A stretch of 64,000 bases of DNA from Iphione sp. A-MEVVRFRX5 (Eukaryota), in assembly GCA_976226885.1 (NCBI GenBank), contig OZ320313.1, positions 156,364,001 through 156,428,000 on the forward strand, given 5' to 3'. Made by a program: the position numbers and the translations under genes. Under the pieces are notes generated by a model. It was given only the letters and a program-made list of their open reading frames with translations, ran no database searches and had not been told where the DNA came from. Of the stretch, positions 51,164-59,689 are shown in pieces. Position 1 is the stretch's first letter. Each line of letters begins with the position of its first letter.

Positions 51164-54100
51164 TCCTGCAGGGGACAAACAAGCAACAGTATAAGTCGGG
51201 GCTTCATACAAAGCAGGTGCGGCATGAACGATTGAACTCCGCAGCGGCGTAGCAAGTGCCGCTGCGGCTTTAAGGTGGCGCTGCGGCGGGTCACTACCAG
51301 AACTCCGCTGCACTTTTTTACCATGTACTAAATGCGGCGAATTATCACTCAACTGTCGCTGTTGCGGCCCCCTATCGTGCGGCGAATCAGAACTCCGCTG
51401 CACTCGTGGCGAACTATCGCTAATACTCCGCTGCCGATGTTTACTTGCTGCTGCGGCGTGCGATCCCCGATTATCGCCCAATTGCCAAGGCGGCCTAGAG
51501 GTGAAATCATGCCTTACCTCCGCTGTAAGTTTTCCTGCGCAACGTAGGGGTGGTGCTGCGACTAATCTTGTTGTTTTCGCTCTTGCCGATTCGTGCCAGA
51601 TGGAGTTGACGATGAAACTTGGTGTAACTGCTGCGGCGGCCTTTTCACGCTGCGCACTCCATGGGTTGTCAGGGACGCTGGGCCGAGCGTCTCGGTCGAC
51701 CGCGGCGCCCCCTATCATGAGTGCGGAGTTCCCCCACGTGTTGCGGAGTTTTGACTTTGACTCCACAGCGGCGGTTGCCCCTACTCTGGCCTCCGCAGCG
51801 GCCGATTTTGACTTCTCCGTGGCCACTGTTGCGACGTCCTCGGTTATCGCCGGCTTGAGGCGATCTGCATGCACAACCTTCCTTCGCGCACCTCTCCCTA
51901 TTCGATAGACAACTGCGGACAGTCTCTCCTCCACCTGCCACGGACCTTCCCACCAGCTCTGGAACTTGGGAGATACGCCCTTTTTTTTTAGTGGGGTGAA
52001 AAGCCACACTTTCTGTCCCACCACGTACTCCTGGGGGCGCACCTTCTGGTTATACCAGTCCTGCCACAACTCCGCTGCCTTATTCAGCTTGCAAGCGACC
52101 CACTGGTGGGCTTCCCGGACTTCTCCTTCCACCTGCTGCGCATACTCGCCTCTTTCCATGGTTGGTCCTTCAGGGTACCCGTAACGGAGCTCGGCTGGGG
52201 TAGCAACCTCCCGATGCAGGGTCAGCCAGTTAGGGGACACGCCCGTGGTGCTGTGGGGGGTGGCCCGATATGTAGCCATGACGAAGGGGAGGGCCAAGTC
52301 CCAGTCGGCCTGCCTCTCTTCTCCCAGGGTGGCTAGCATGCTGGCGAGCGTCCTATTGAAACGCTCCACCACTCCGTCGGCTTGGGGGTGGTATGGTGTG
52401 GTCCTGGATTTCTCGATCCCCAGCAATCGTAGCACCTCCGCGAAGAGTTCGGCTTCAAAATTCCGCCCCTGGTCGGAGTGCAAGGCTCTAGGAGGCCCGA
52501 AACAGCACACCACTTCCCTGACAATCACTTCGGCGGTTGCCCGAGCTGTGATTTCCGCCAGTGGGAACGCTTCTGTCCATTTAGAAAAGTGGTCCGCCAC
52601 TACTAGAATGTAATGGTGTCCCCGCTCCGTGCGCGGGAGTGGCCCTAGGACGTCGGCTGCTACCAGTTCCCAAGGCTCGCTGACTTTCCGGTACTGTAGC
52701 GGTGCCCTCTTGTTGCGGTATGGCCCCTTCCTACGCTGGCACGCCTGACAAGCTTGTGTCCAGCGCAGGACGTCCCGCCGGAGTCCAGGCCAGAACCACT
52801 TAGTCCTAAGAGCGGCTCCGGTCTTCTCCGCTCCCAGGTGGCCACTCAACACCCCTTCATGAGCCTCTTGCCAAACCTGTTTCCGTAGACTCCTCGGCAC
52901 GTATGCCTGATACACCAGTCGCGAGGGCTCTTCCTGCCAACACCGCATCAACACCCCACGCCGGAGGCTTAACCGTCTCGCCTCAGCGCGCAGCTGGCGC
53001 TCTTCCCAGGACAACCCGGGTTCGAGTCCGGGGATTTCTCTACCTTCCTCGAGTGCATCTATGATGGCGGCTATGGGCTCCTCCTCCCGCTGGGCGTCCC
53101 GCAGCTGCGGTCGATCTCCAGTTGGGTCCACGGTCACCATGGCCGTGAGCTCCCGCACCGGTTCTTCCCCCTCCTCGTTACGGTGGCACTGTTTACAGCG
53201 CTGGCGAGATAGCCCGTCTGCATTGCCATGTTTCTTTCCGGGTCGGTGGACGATTAGCAGGTCATAGCAGAATATTTCCTCCAGCCACCGCGCCAGCTGC
53301 CCCTGGGGCTCACGGAAATTGCACAGCCAGCGCAAGGAGTCGTGGTCAGTGCGTATCTCCACAGTGTGCCCTCCCACATAACAGCGGAACTTCCGTAATG
53401 CGAACACCACTGCCAACAATTCTCGACGAGTGACACAATAGTTCTTTTCAGGGCGCGTGAGGGTCCGGCTGGCGTACGCCAACACCCTCTCCTGTCCCTC
53501 TTGCTCCTGGGACAGCACCGCACCGATGCCCATATCCGACGCGTCCGTGTCGATCAAGAGTCGTCCTTCTGGTTTCGGGAACCCCAGGATGGGTGCCGTC
53601 ACCAGCCGTTCCTTCAACTCCTCGAAGGCCAATTGGCACTGCTCTGACCACGCGAACTCGGCGTGCCGATCGGCCAGTGCGTGTAGTGGTGCTGCTATCC
53701 TCGCGAAGCCCTCCACGAAATTTCGGTAATACGAGCAGAGGCCCAGGAACCCGCGCAGCTCCTCTTGGCAACGAGGCACAGCCCATTCCGCCACCGCCGC
53801 TATCTTGGCCGGGTCTACTCCGACCCCCGCGGCGGACACCCGGTGCCCGAGGTAAGCCACCTCCCGTCGGAACAGCTGGCACTTCGAAGCTTTCACATGC
53901 AACCCGGCCTGCCGGAGCCGCTGGAACACCATTCCTAGGCGCTGGCACATCTGCTGCACCGAGTTACCCAGCACGATAACGTCGTCGAGGTAGACGAGAC
54001 ACTCCATGCCGACAAGCCCTCGCAACACTGACTCCATCAACCTTTCGAATGTGGACGGGGCATTGCACAGTCCAAAAGGCATAACTCTAAACTGGTAAAG

Positions 54101-55531
54101 CCCTCTGGGTGTGCACACTGCGGTCTTCTCTGCATCGCGTGGATCCATGCGTACCTGCCAGTATCCACTGGCCAAATCCAAAGCTGAGAAAAACCGGCTT
54201 CCTTGCAAGGCGTCAAGGGTGTCGTCGATTCTGGGGATAGGATAAGCGTCCTTCTTCGTCACCGCATTCAACCGTCGGTAATCCACGCAGAACCTGGTCC
54301 CCCCATCCTTCTTCCTCACTAGGACCAGGGGCGAGGCCCACGGGCTAGTAGAGGGCTCTAGGACTCCGCGTTCTACCATGGAATCTACCTCCTGCTCGAG
54401 CTCTGCCCGCTTCTGTGGAGGGAGACGCCGCACCCGCTGACGAATGGGCGGGTGCCCCTGGGTGTTTATCCGGTGTTGCACATCAGGAGCACAACCGAGG
54501 GGCCCACTGGGGGTTTGGAACACCCCCTTGTACTCTTCCAGCAAAACACGTACCATCCGCCGTTCCTCTGTGGAGAGGTCGTCTGGAAGGCTCTCCAGCA
54601 GTTGTCCCACCGCCTCCGACTGCTCACCCTCAACGGTTGAGTTGGCTCCAACCTGAATAGGGTCCACCTCCTCCACCGGATGGGCCCGCCCCACGTGGGT
54701 TCCGCCGTGGATGTACGCCTCTTGTGCACCCGGGTTCCATACTGGCACCAGCAGCTTCCGCTCAGTGGGACACACCACTGCCTGTGCTACCCGGAGACCT
54801 GAGCATTCTTCGAACCATAGATTACCCTCGGTCAGCACCCCCGCGGGTTCTCCGAGTGTCGGTGCCCAGGCGGCCGTCACCCAGCCTAACTGTCCCGCTG
54901 CGATGCGGTGGTCCCCTCGGGCCGCCAGCAATACGGCGCCGTCCCCCACAGGGGCAGCCAGAGTTACCTGCGCCCGCACGGTATCCACTGTCGCTTCCCA
55001 GGCGTCCAGCCAGTCAAGTCCCAGGATCGCCAGCACCTCCATGTCGACCACTCGAGCCCTGACGGGTACCCATGTGTCCCCGAAGTGTACTTGACTGGCG
55101 ACCGTCCCTCTCACAAGTAACGGGGCCCCATCCACGCCGAACACCCGGGCGTCTATGGGGCCCAAGGCCACACCCTGCAGATTGTCGAAGACTCGGCTTG
55201 AGAGTAGTGAGGCTGATGCTCCCGTGTCCACCAGCCAGTCAAAAGTGCAGCCACCCATCCTTCCGGACAGTAGCAACCCACTGCACCCTTGACGTCGGCG
55301 TCCCTGAAGGACCACACCGCCCGTGGTGGCCCCTGCTAGCGCTCGCAGGTGTTCAGGCGGTGGCGAACCGCTGCGGGCTGGGACCTCTACTCTTGGTGAC
55401 TCTACCGCCCGCCCCTCTAGGCTCGGGCGGGCGGTCCCCCGTTTCCCGGCTCCGCGGTGGGCGCGGCGGCGGCATTGGCGCTCGGGGGTGCAGTACCAGC
55501 CTCCGCCGCCAACCGTGCTGGACACTCCCAC
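48446..55531 (-). CDS. pol: Pol polyprotein (protease, RT, RNase H, integrase) with a C-terminal extension of over 1100 aa
   Basis: VDTGAS protease (~55220); YLDD (53981-53992); DTDASD RNase H (~53540); H-X6-H...CQAC and D..D..E integrase; EGPW...HADRLKP end (~51851); then open to the stop at 48446. Confidence 0.98.
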   Translation of the reverse strand: MGVSSTVGGGGWYCTPERQCRRRAHRGAGKRGTARPSLEGRAVESPRVEVPARSGSPPPEHLRALAGATTGGVVLQGRRRQGCSGLLLSGRMGGCTFDWLVDTGASASLLSSRVFDNLQGVALGPIDARVFGVDGAPLLVRGTVASQVHFGDTWVPVRARVVDMEVLAILGLDWLDAWEATVDTVRAQVTLAAPVGDGAVLLAARGDHRIAAGQLGWVTAAWAPTLGEPAGVLTEGNLWFEECSGLRVAQAVVCPTERKLLVPVWNPGAQEAYIHGGTHVGRAHPVEEVDPIQVGANSTVEGEQSEAVGQLLESLPDDLSTEERRMVRVLLEEYKGVFQTPSGPLGCAPDVQHRINTQGHPPIRQRVRRLPPQKRAELEQEVDSMVERGVLEPSTSPWASPLVLVRKKDGGTRFCVDYRRLNAVTKKDAYPIPRIDDTLDALQGSRFFSALDLASGYWQVRMDPRDAEKTAVCTPRGLYQFRVMPFGLCNAPSTFERLMESVLRGLVGMECLVYLDDVIVLGNSVQQMCQRLGMVFQRLRQAGLHVKASKCQLFRREVAYLGHRVSAAGVGVDPAKIAAVAEWAVPRCQEELRGFLGLCSYYRNFVEGFARIAAPLHALADRHAEFAWSEQCQLAFEELKERLVTAPILGFPKPEGRLLIDTDASDMGIGAVLSQEQEGQERVLAYASRTLTRPEKNYCVTRRELLAVVFALRKFRCYVGGHTVEIRTDHDSLRWLCNFREPQGQLARWLEEIFCYDLLIVHRPGKKHGNADGLSRQRCKQCHRNEEGEEPVRELTAMVTVDPTGDRPQLRDAQREEEPIAAIIDALEEGREIPGLEPGLSWEERQLRAEARRLSLRRGVLMRCWQEEPSRLVYQAYVPRSLRKQVWQEAHEGVLSGHLGAEKTGAALRTKWFWPGLRRDVLRWTQACQACQRRKGPYRNKRAPLQYRKVSEPWELVAADVLGPLPRTERGHHYILVVADHFSKWTEAFPLAEITARATAEVIVREVVCCFGPPRALHSDQGRNFEAELFAEVLRLLGIEKSRTTPYHPQADGVVERFNRTLASMLATLGEERQADWDLALPFVMATYRATPHSTTGVSPNWLTLHREVATPAELRYGYPEGPTMERGEYAQQVEGEVREAHQWVACKLNKAAELWQDWYNQKVRPQEYVVGQKVWLFTPLKKKGVSPKFQSWWEGPWQVEERLSAVVYRIGRGARRKVVHADRLKPAITEDVATVATEKSKSAAAEARVGATAAVESKSKLRNTWGNSALMIGGAAVDRDARPSVPDNPWSAQREKAAAAVTPSFIVNSIWHESARAKTTRLVAAPPLRCAGKLTAEVRHDFTSRPPWQLGDNRGSHAAAASKHRQRSISDSSPRVQRSSDSPHDRGPQQRQLSDNSPHLVHGKKVQRSSGSDPPQRHLKAAAALATPLRSSIVHAAPALYEAPTYTVACLSPAGMTDQTPSASGEVPLATAPFACHLCDTGFQQRQNLRRHMEQVHSPKGFGWICPVQTCKNTAFRRRTDWKRHLLGVHRSLQMTQTVDIGYVRFSGFNPTRGVAIECPADKLTELARRRRREATARTKDLRAEVVESSDEDAESGEEAPPRPSRPPARRARRRLGTDRSAPATPSSSAGSKGPPTSASAGSADSQSETPAHGSTSEAGPSPGSRAGTSGGSASPPERMRPRTYARAPKERPTTCARALPLVPTPKGINLPADQGSGGRQLFTPPQSRVEEDEEEQATPAHPSPGPTAQPPYAVYSPGRGRAATRHQGRAGASKGKGPATTKSHGKGKGKAPPSKSSRPGQPPLKLGRGSATDTEEELDRRLGPGWSKEASPSQPVVISDSPEDSPPLPRKRPGSETRPMEGEITPGGDTAAPSPSTPGSSTKKGDALDISPIRRVFAETLGTSFWVDDISSDELPDLEEEAAVTLASLSQHSTSGRDDTSTPPPPRLPADRPTTSPSDQGGTSALTPPGGLGRGLTPIEEDTEPQDVSSDAGVGVGRPLAVHQEEAGPTSSSLGPSATGPPARPAGPPPRAPDREEKGTGSASPAPSEEVGPVAPLRTPPAANPSTTAGLGTGEGNVDTNVVEPPRPGVAGERPGVPPPVDREDETGQLEPAPGSPRPPHTDEEGPGVAPDHEPPPRDFNVELAPPVVPGAGAVPPPRGPLRVHSVNVEALVDRPLRPGPSGDAPPRWTPPGPRLQRRASLPNLARGAISPTARVLPLSSPGLGRGAGQPWLPSGVRSPTQYWSYQDISPPSPEETGVRFVSCQSAPPEGWEIVRASGRSEVQALGGNQVKLTLNQSIRFRPRGPDQLGSAELMRWHARRFENLTRGTAMRRLTTWDQSRDGDCVVANLKEVWTVSLR
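55404..55447 (-). promoter_or_regulatory. -1 ribosomal frameshift signal: G GGA AAC, 5-nt spacer, 11-bp hairpin
   Basis: Heptamer at 55447-55441 is in the gag frame, and -1 puts it in the pol frame (GKRGTARP). Stem ACCGCCCGCCC/GGGCGGGCGGT with a 10-nt loop. The same heptamer is used by PEG10. Confidence 0.9.
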
Positions 55532-56829
55532 TTGAAATGTCCCTGTTCATGGCAGTAGAAACAGGCTCCTTCTGAGGTTCGGCGACGGTTCCGGCGACCA
55601 GCCGCGGCCGGGGGCTGTTCTACTAGCTTGAGAAGCAACTGCTCCACGCACTCCCATGCGGCTGGAGCCGGTGCCGGTGCGGAGCGACTAGCGGCCACAG
55701 ACTCCCCTTCCTCCGCGCGCACGGCGTGGACCCTAGTGGCTGACCCTGACCCGGAACGCTCCTTCTCCGCACGGTGGAAGGATTCTGCCAGCAACGCCTC
55801 CAACACCGCGGATTGAAACGAGCGGGCCTTAGCCTGGACCACCCAGCGCCGGCTCCGTTCCTCTCTCAGAGCCGACACGAAGGCATCCCGGCACATGCGG
55901 TCCAGCCAGGGTCCCTCGGCCTCCGGGTAGGCTTGTCGTACCAAACGTTTGACGTCTTCAGCTAGATTCTGAGCATCTTCATCCTTCCCCTGCCGCCGCT
56001 GTTTGAGCTCTTGCTCATAAAAGGTGGCACGGTCGGCCGATTGGAAGCGATTCCTCAACGCCTCCACAATTCGATCATAAGCGCCCTCGGCTGCGACATC
56101 AATTCCGGCGGTGCGGAGAGCTGACTGTGCCGACTTGCGCAGGCAGACACTCAGTTGCAGCGCTTGTTCCACCCGGTCCCACCGGTTGGCTTGGGCCACG
56201 AGACCAAAGTGGTGCAAGTACTCGGCGAGGGGCACGGACCCATCAAATGCCTCCGGCTTTACATGGAACTTTCGCGCTGGGGTGACAGATGTAGGGGCTG
56301 CCGCTGACCGCAGCGCCTCTTGGAGGCCGGATACCAGGCTTCGCACCAGCTGGCCGCGTTCATCATCTGCCTCGGCTCGAATGGAACTGGGGAGCGTCGT
56401 CGCTGAGCGGGGGGTACTGCCGGCACTACTGGATGGTCCTGTCCCCGTCTGTGGCCCGTCCGGGTGGGGTGGCGGCGTCGCAGGTGGTGGGGTAACGTTC
56501 CGTGGCACACCCTCCTGCCCTGCAGAGGGGGGCGCGGCGGCGCCCCGCGGCTCGGTGGACACTGGTGAAGCTCCCCTGGGGGTAGACTGTGGCGTATCCT
56601 TAGGCCGTGCGGGGTGCGGCTGCGGCTGTGCGGGGTGCGGCTGCGGCTGCGGCTGTGCGGGGTGCGGCTGCGGCTGTGCGGGGTGCAGCTGCGGCTGCGG
56701 CTGCGGCTGTGCGGGGTGCGGCTGCGGCTGTGCGGGGTGCGGCTGCGGCTGCGGAGTGCGGCCCAGTTGGACTTCGTCGTCTGAGCTGGCAGGCTCCTCA
56801 CTGTCCCACTGATCGGAGTCTCCGGACAC
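55417..56829 (-). CDS. gag: Gag (capsid-like domain plus CCHC zinc knuckle); listed start is GTG
   Basis: KPEAFDG...YLHHF...W motif, CFYCHEQGHFKWEC knuckle, N-terminal PQPHPAQ repeats. Confidence 0.95.
   Translation of the reverse strand: MSGDSDQWDSEEPASSDDEVQLGRTPQPQPHPAQPQPHPAQPQPQPQLHPAQPQPHPAQPQPQPHPAQPQPHPARPKDTPQSTPRGASPVSTEPRGAAAPPSAGQEGVPRNVTPPPATPPPHPDGPQTGTGPSSSAGSTPRSATTLPSSIRAEADDERGQLVRSLVSGLQEALRSAAAPTSVTPARKFHVKPEAFDGSVPLAEYLHHFGLVAQANRWDRVEQALQLSVCLRKSAQSALRTAGIDVAAEGAYDRIVEALRNRFQSADRATFYEQELKQRRQGKDEDAQNLAEDVKRLVRQAYPEAEGPWLDRMCRDAFVSALREERSRRWVVQAKARSFQSAVLEALLAESFHRAEKERSGSGSATRVHAVRAEEGESVAASRSAPAPAPAAWECVEQLLLKLVEQPPAAAGRRNRRRTSEGACFYCHEQGHFKWECPARLAAEAGTAPPSANAAAAPTAEPGNGGPPARA
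56606..56762. repeat. Frame-preserving GC-rich tandem repeat in gag (21-nt unit plus 6-nt subunits)
   Basis: tgtgcggggtgcggc(tgcggc)n; encodes PQPHPAQ in the gag frame and SRSRTPH in the overlapping frame. Confidence 0.95.
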
Positions 56830-56905
56830 ATCAGGCGCCCCTGCCGGCCATCACCCGCGTCCCCTTCCTGTTGGCTGACCTCGGCCATGTCCAGCGGCGG
56901 GCGAG

Positions 56906-56923
56906 ATCCCACCGCTGCCACCA
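56906..56923 (-). other. Primer-binding site TGGTGGCAGCGGTGGGAT (tRNA-Leu)
   Basis: 1 nt from the 5' LTR; complementary to the eukaryotic tRNA-Leu(AAG/TAG) 3' end ATCCCACCGCTGCCA-CCA. Confidence 0.9.
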
Positions 56924-56924
56924 A

Positions 56925-57185
56925 TGTAGCGTTTCCCATTACGTAATAAAGACATGACCAAGGTTGTGAACAATGAAGGTTTATTCCAGAGATGTGAACA
57001 CTACGGCGACTCAGCCTAGACTGACTCCCTCCTCCCTAGCAGCCCCTTATATACCCTACCCAGGGGCAGGGGGGGGGTGGTGGGGAGTGCAGCACTCCGC
57101 ACCCCCGGCGCGTCCTAGTGCAGCACTCCGCATGCAGCACTCAGCACCGGGGTTGCCTCCTGGTGCCGCACTCCGCAGCACCACA
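56925..57185 (-). repeat. Element 1 5' LTR
   Basis: Direct repeat of 48076-48336. Confidence 0.99.
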
Positions 57186-59689
57186 ATAGTACAGAACCTG
57201 ACCCTACTTTCCCTTCAGTAGGTTCCCCAGGCCATAGTACTATTTGGCTAGTTGATAAATTTTTAAATAAATTAGAGACTTCTTGCAAAATGTAAGCGTC
57301 AGAATGTTTGCTATTATCTCATCTCTTCACAGAGTTTATATGTACTGGTATACTACATTTCTTTGTAAATGTGTGTTGGAATAAAACATTTTATCTTTAC
57401 AAGATTCTACTTGTGCTATAACAATACTCAAACATTATTGAAAAGGTAGCCCTAAATACATCACATTTACGAGTATTTCATCAGTATATTGTTAAGATCG
57501 TGTCACGATTATTATATGATCCTCTCTGCTTAAGAAAAAAAATTGATTTTCTCTATGAATCATTATGAAATCTTTGTATGTAAGGGGAGAGAAATGAACA
57601 AATGATTATCTCTGGAAATGCATACGCAGGGCCTCATGTACAGCTGTATGTTTTTCATAATCGTTGTCTGACGTTTTGCTTTTTTTCTAAGCTTGCGTTT
57701 CTTTGGATTGTAATACCATTCTAAATTTTAAAACCAGGTCAGTTCTTGTTTTTACAGTGCTGCACTTGATGTGTTGTACACATAGTTTTGCAGCTAGATT
57801 CATATATTGTCAAGTAAGCGGGTGAAAGGCATTTGGACCTTTCACACATATTGTTTTATTTATCTGCAGCGTTTCCTTTTGTGGACTGACTCAAACATAA
57901 TAGCGCACAGTAGCTTCATGTTCTGCTGTTTCCCCACAGGCTTTGTTACTGTGTCCCTTATCTAGAGCTTTCGACTCGTCCTTTTCTTTCTATTTTGTCT
58001 GTATCTGTTGTATTGTATTTATGAGAATACTTTTTTCTGTTATCAATTTTTGTTCTCGCGTTATTCTCTTGCTTCTAAAACTTCTTCATGTGAGCTGCGA
58101 CTTTAAGCTTAATCTCCTCTTCTCTTTTCTAAAAATCTATCCAATGGATATTTCACCGAAAACAATAAAATGTTTTGCTTGGAATACAATATGGCAGGCT
58201 TTGCTCCGATCAAAATGAATAGTTTCATGACGAAGTTGGGGGGAAAACATAAAATATTCTCTTGTAACGGTGTTTTCAATTGCTCCGTGATTGGTCTTCA
58301 AGTTCACATTTATAGATCTTTTACTGTTCGTGATTAGGTTCCAGTTATGAATGCTACTGTTGAGCAATTCAAAAATGTAAAATGTTTATATCTCGTTTTT
58401 AACAATAAACATAAGGGAACAAAGATAATGATCACTGTTGTTGTAACAAAAATTGTTTTGGAAACGATATAACTCTCCTCTAGGTGTCATTCATAATGCA
58501 TGTACAAGGATTTCGACGCAGAGGTCTGATGATTCAGCAATTACGTCGTCTGAAATGGAGAATACACAGTAGCTACGATTATGTCACCTGTAGGAGTAAC
58601 AATACTTTATAGTACCCTGCAGTGAATGTTTGCAGCAAGCAAGATGTGGAACACACAGACTCGAATGCATGAGCCACTTGTACCTAATGATGAACAGCTT
58701 TGCCGACGCACTTGAAGGAAGGCCCTTCAAACTACTTGAGGTACAGATGTAATCATATATACATAACTGTATGTTTGGAAACGCTAGATCGTTTAGGAAC
58801 ATTATAGAGGCCGAAGCAGCAAAATGATAGCTGCAATCGTGAAGTTAACATGTGTTTGACTGGCTTCAGTGAAGCTGCCGACGTTCTCTGCAAAACTGAA
58901 AGGGAGCACCATGCATACATACATTAAGAATGTCTGAGATTTTTTGTATATATATCAGGCCAGTATTTTGCCAGTGGGCATGTCTACAGTCAAAAGGAGA
59001 TTTCTGCTATTGGAGATTGTAGAAGAGCCTGTCCGTCCATACTGAATAATATTTTTTTTTTCGCAATAGTGACGAGTCCAAAGAACAGATCTTAAAATTT
59101 CCGTACCGTCGTCTGTTTGGGGCCTCGTGATACGTCTATTGGCTCTACAATGTTTGCCACAGCGTAACCAGCTTCAATGTAGGAGATGGACACTCTAACA
59201 TCCTCCAAAAAGGATCAACACAGAGTTTCCCATTTGCCAGAGGTAGCAGCCTCCTGTACAGTATATATTGGGTCCTAAATAATGCATATACTTCTAATTC
59301 ATACTGAGAACACTGTGACTTCATCGACTATATTACGGCCTATAAGGATCCCATGGAGATGAGTTATTGAGGTATCCAGAGTGCCATTCATAGAACTGAC
59401 ACATATACATGGTTAATGAATCAGTTAAGGTCACCACGTTAAGCAAGACCATGTCCAACATTTATTCGGGAGAATATTTAGCTCAGCTTATTTAGAGTAA
59501 TGTGCAACTGGTTGTCGGGATATATTCTGACGAATTGAGGTATTTCTATTCACATTCCCCTGGATTGGGAGATTGGGGAAGCATGGGCTCTCAGAATGTA
59601 GTCTATATGTCGTCAGTTGAATTAAAGTTAAATCCCTAGATAAGTGTTTTCTTTTTCTTAGGCTGGTATAATCCCATATACCATGGTAT

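Larger units (their letters stand above)
48076..57185 (-). mobile_element. Full-length Ty3/Gypsy LTR retrotransposon (element 1, 9110 bp)
   Basis: Two 261-bp TG...CA LTRs, 4-bp TSD ATAG (48072-48075 and 57186-57189), PBS, PPT, gag with CCHC, and pol in the order PR-RT-RH-IN. Confidence 0.99.

Noticed and set aside
48804-56957. Many plus-strand ORFs (e.g. 48804-49571, 49596-50228, 56111-56812) overlapping element 1
   Set aside because: Antisense shadows of GC-rich gag/pol coding sequence; low complexity and no motifs.
57900-58600. AT-rich stretch with short coding-like frames (possible L1-type remnant)
   Set aside because: No diagnostic endonuclease or RT motif recognised.
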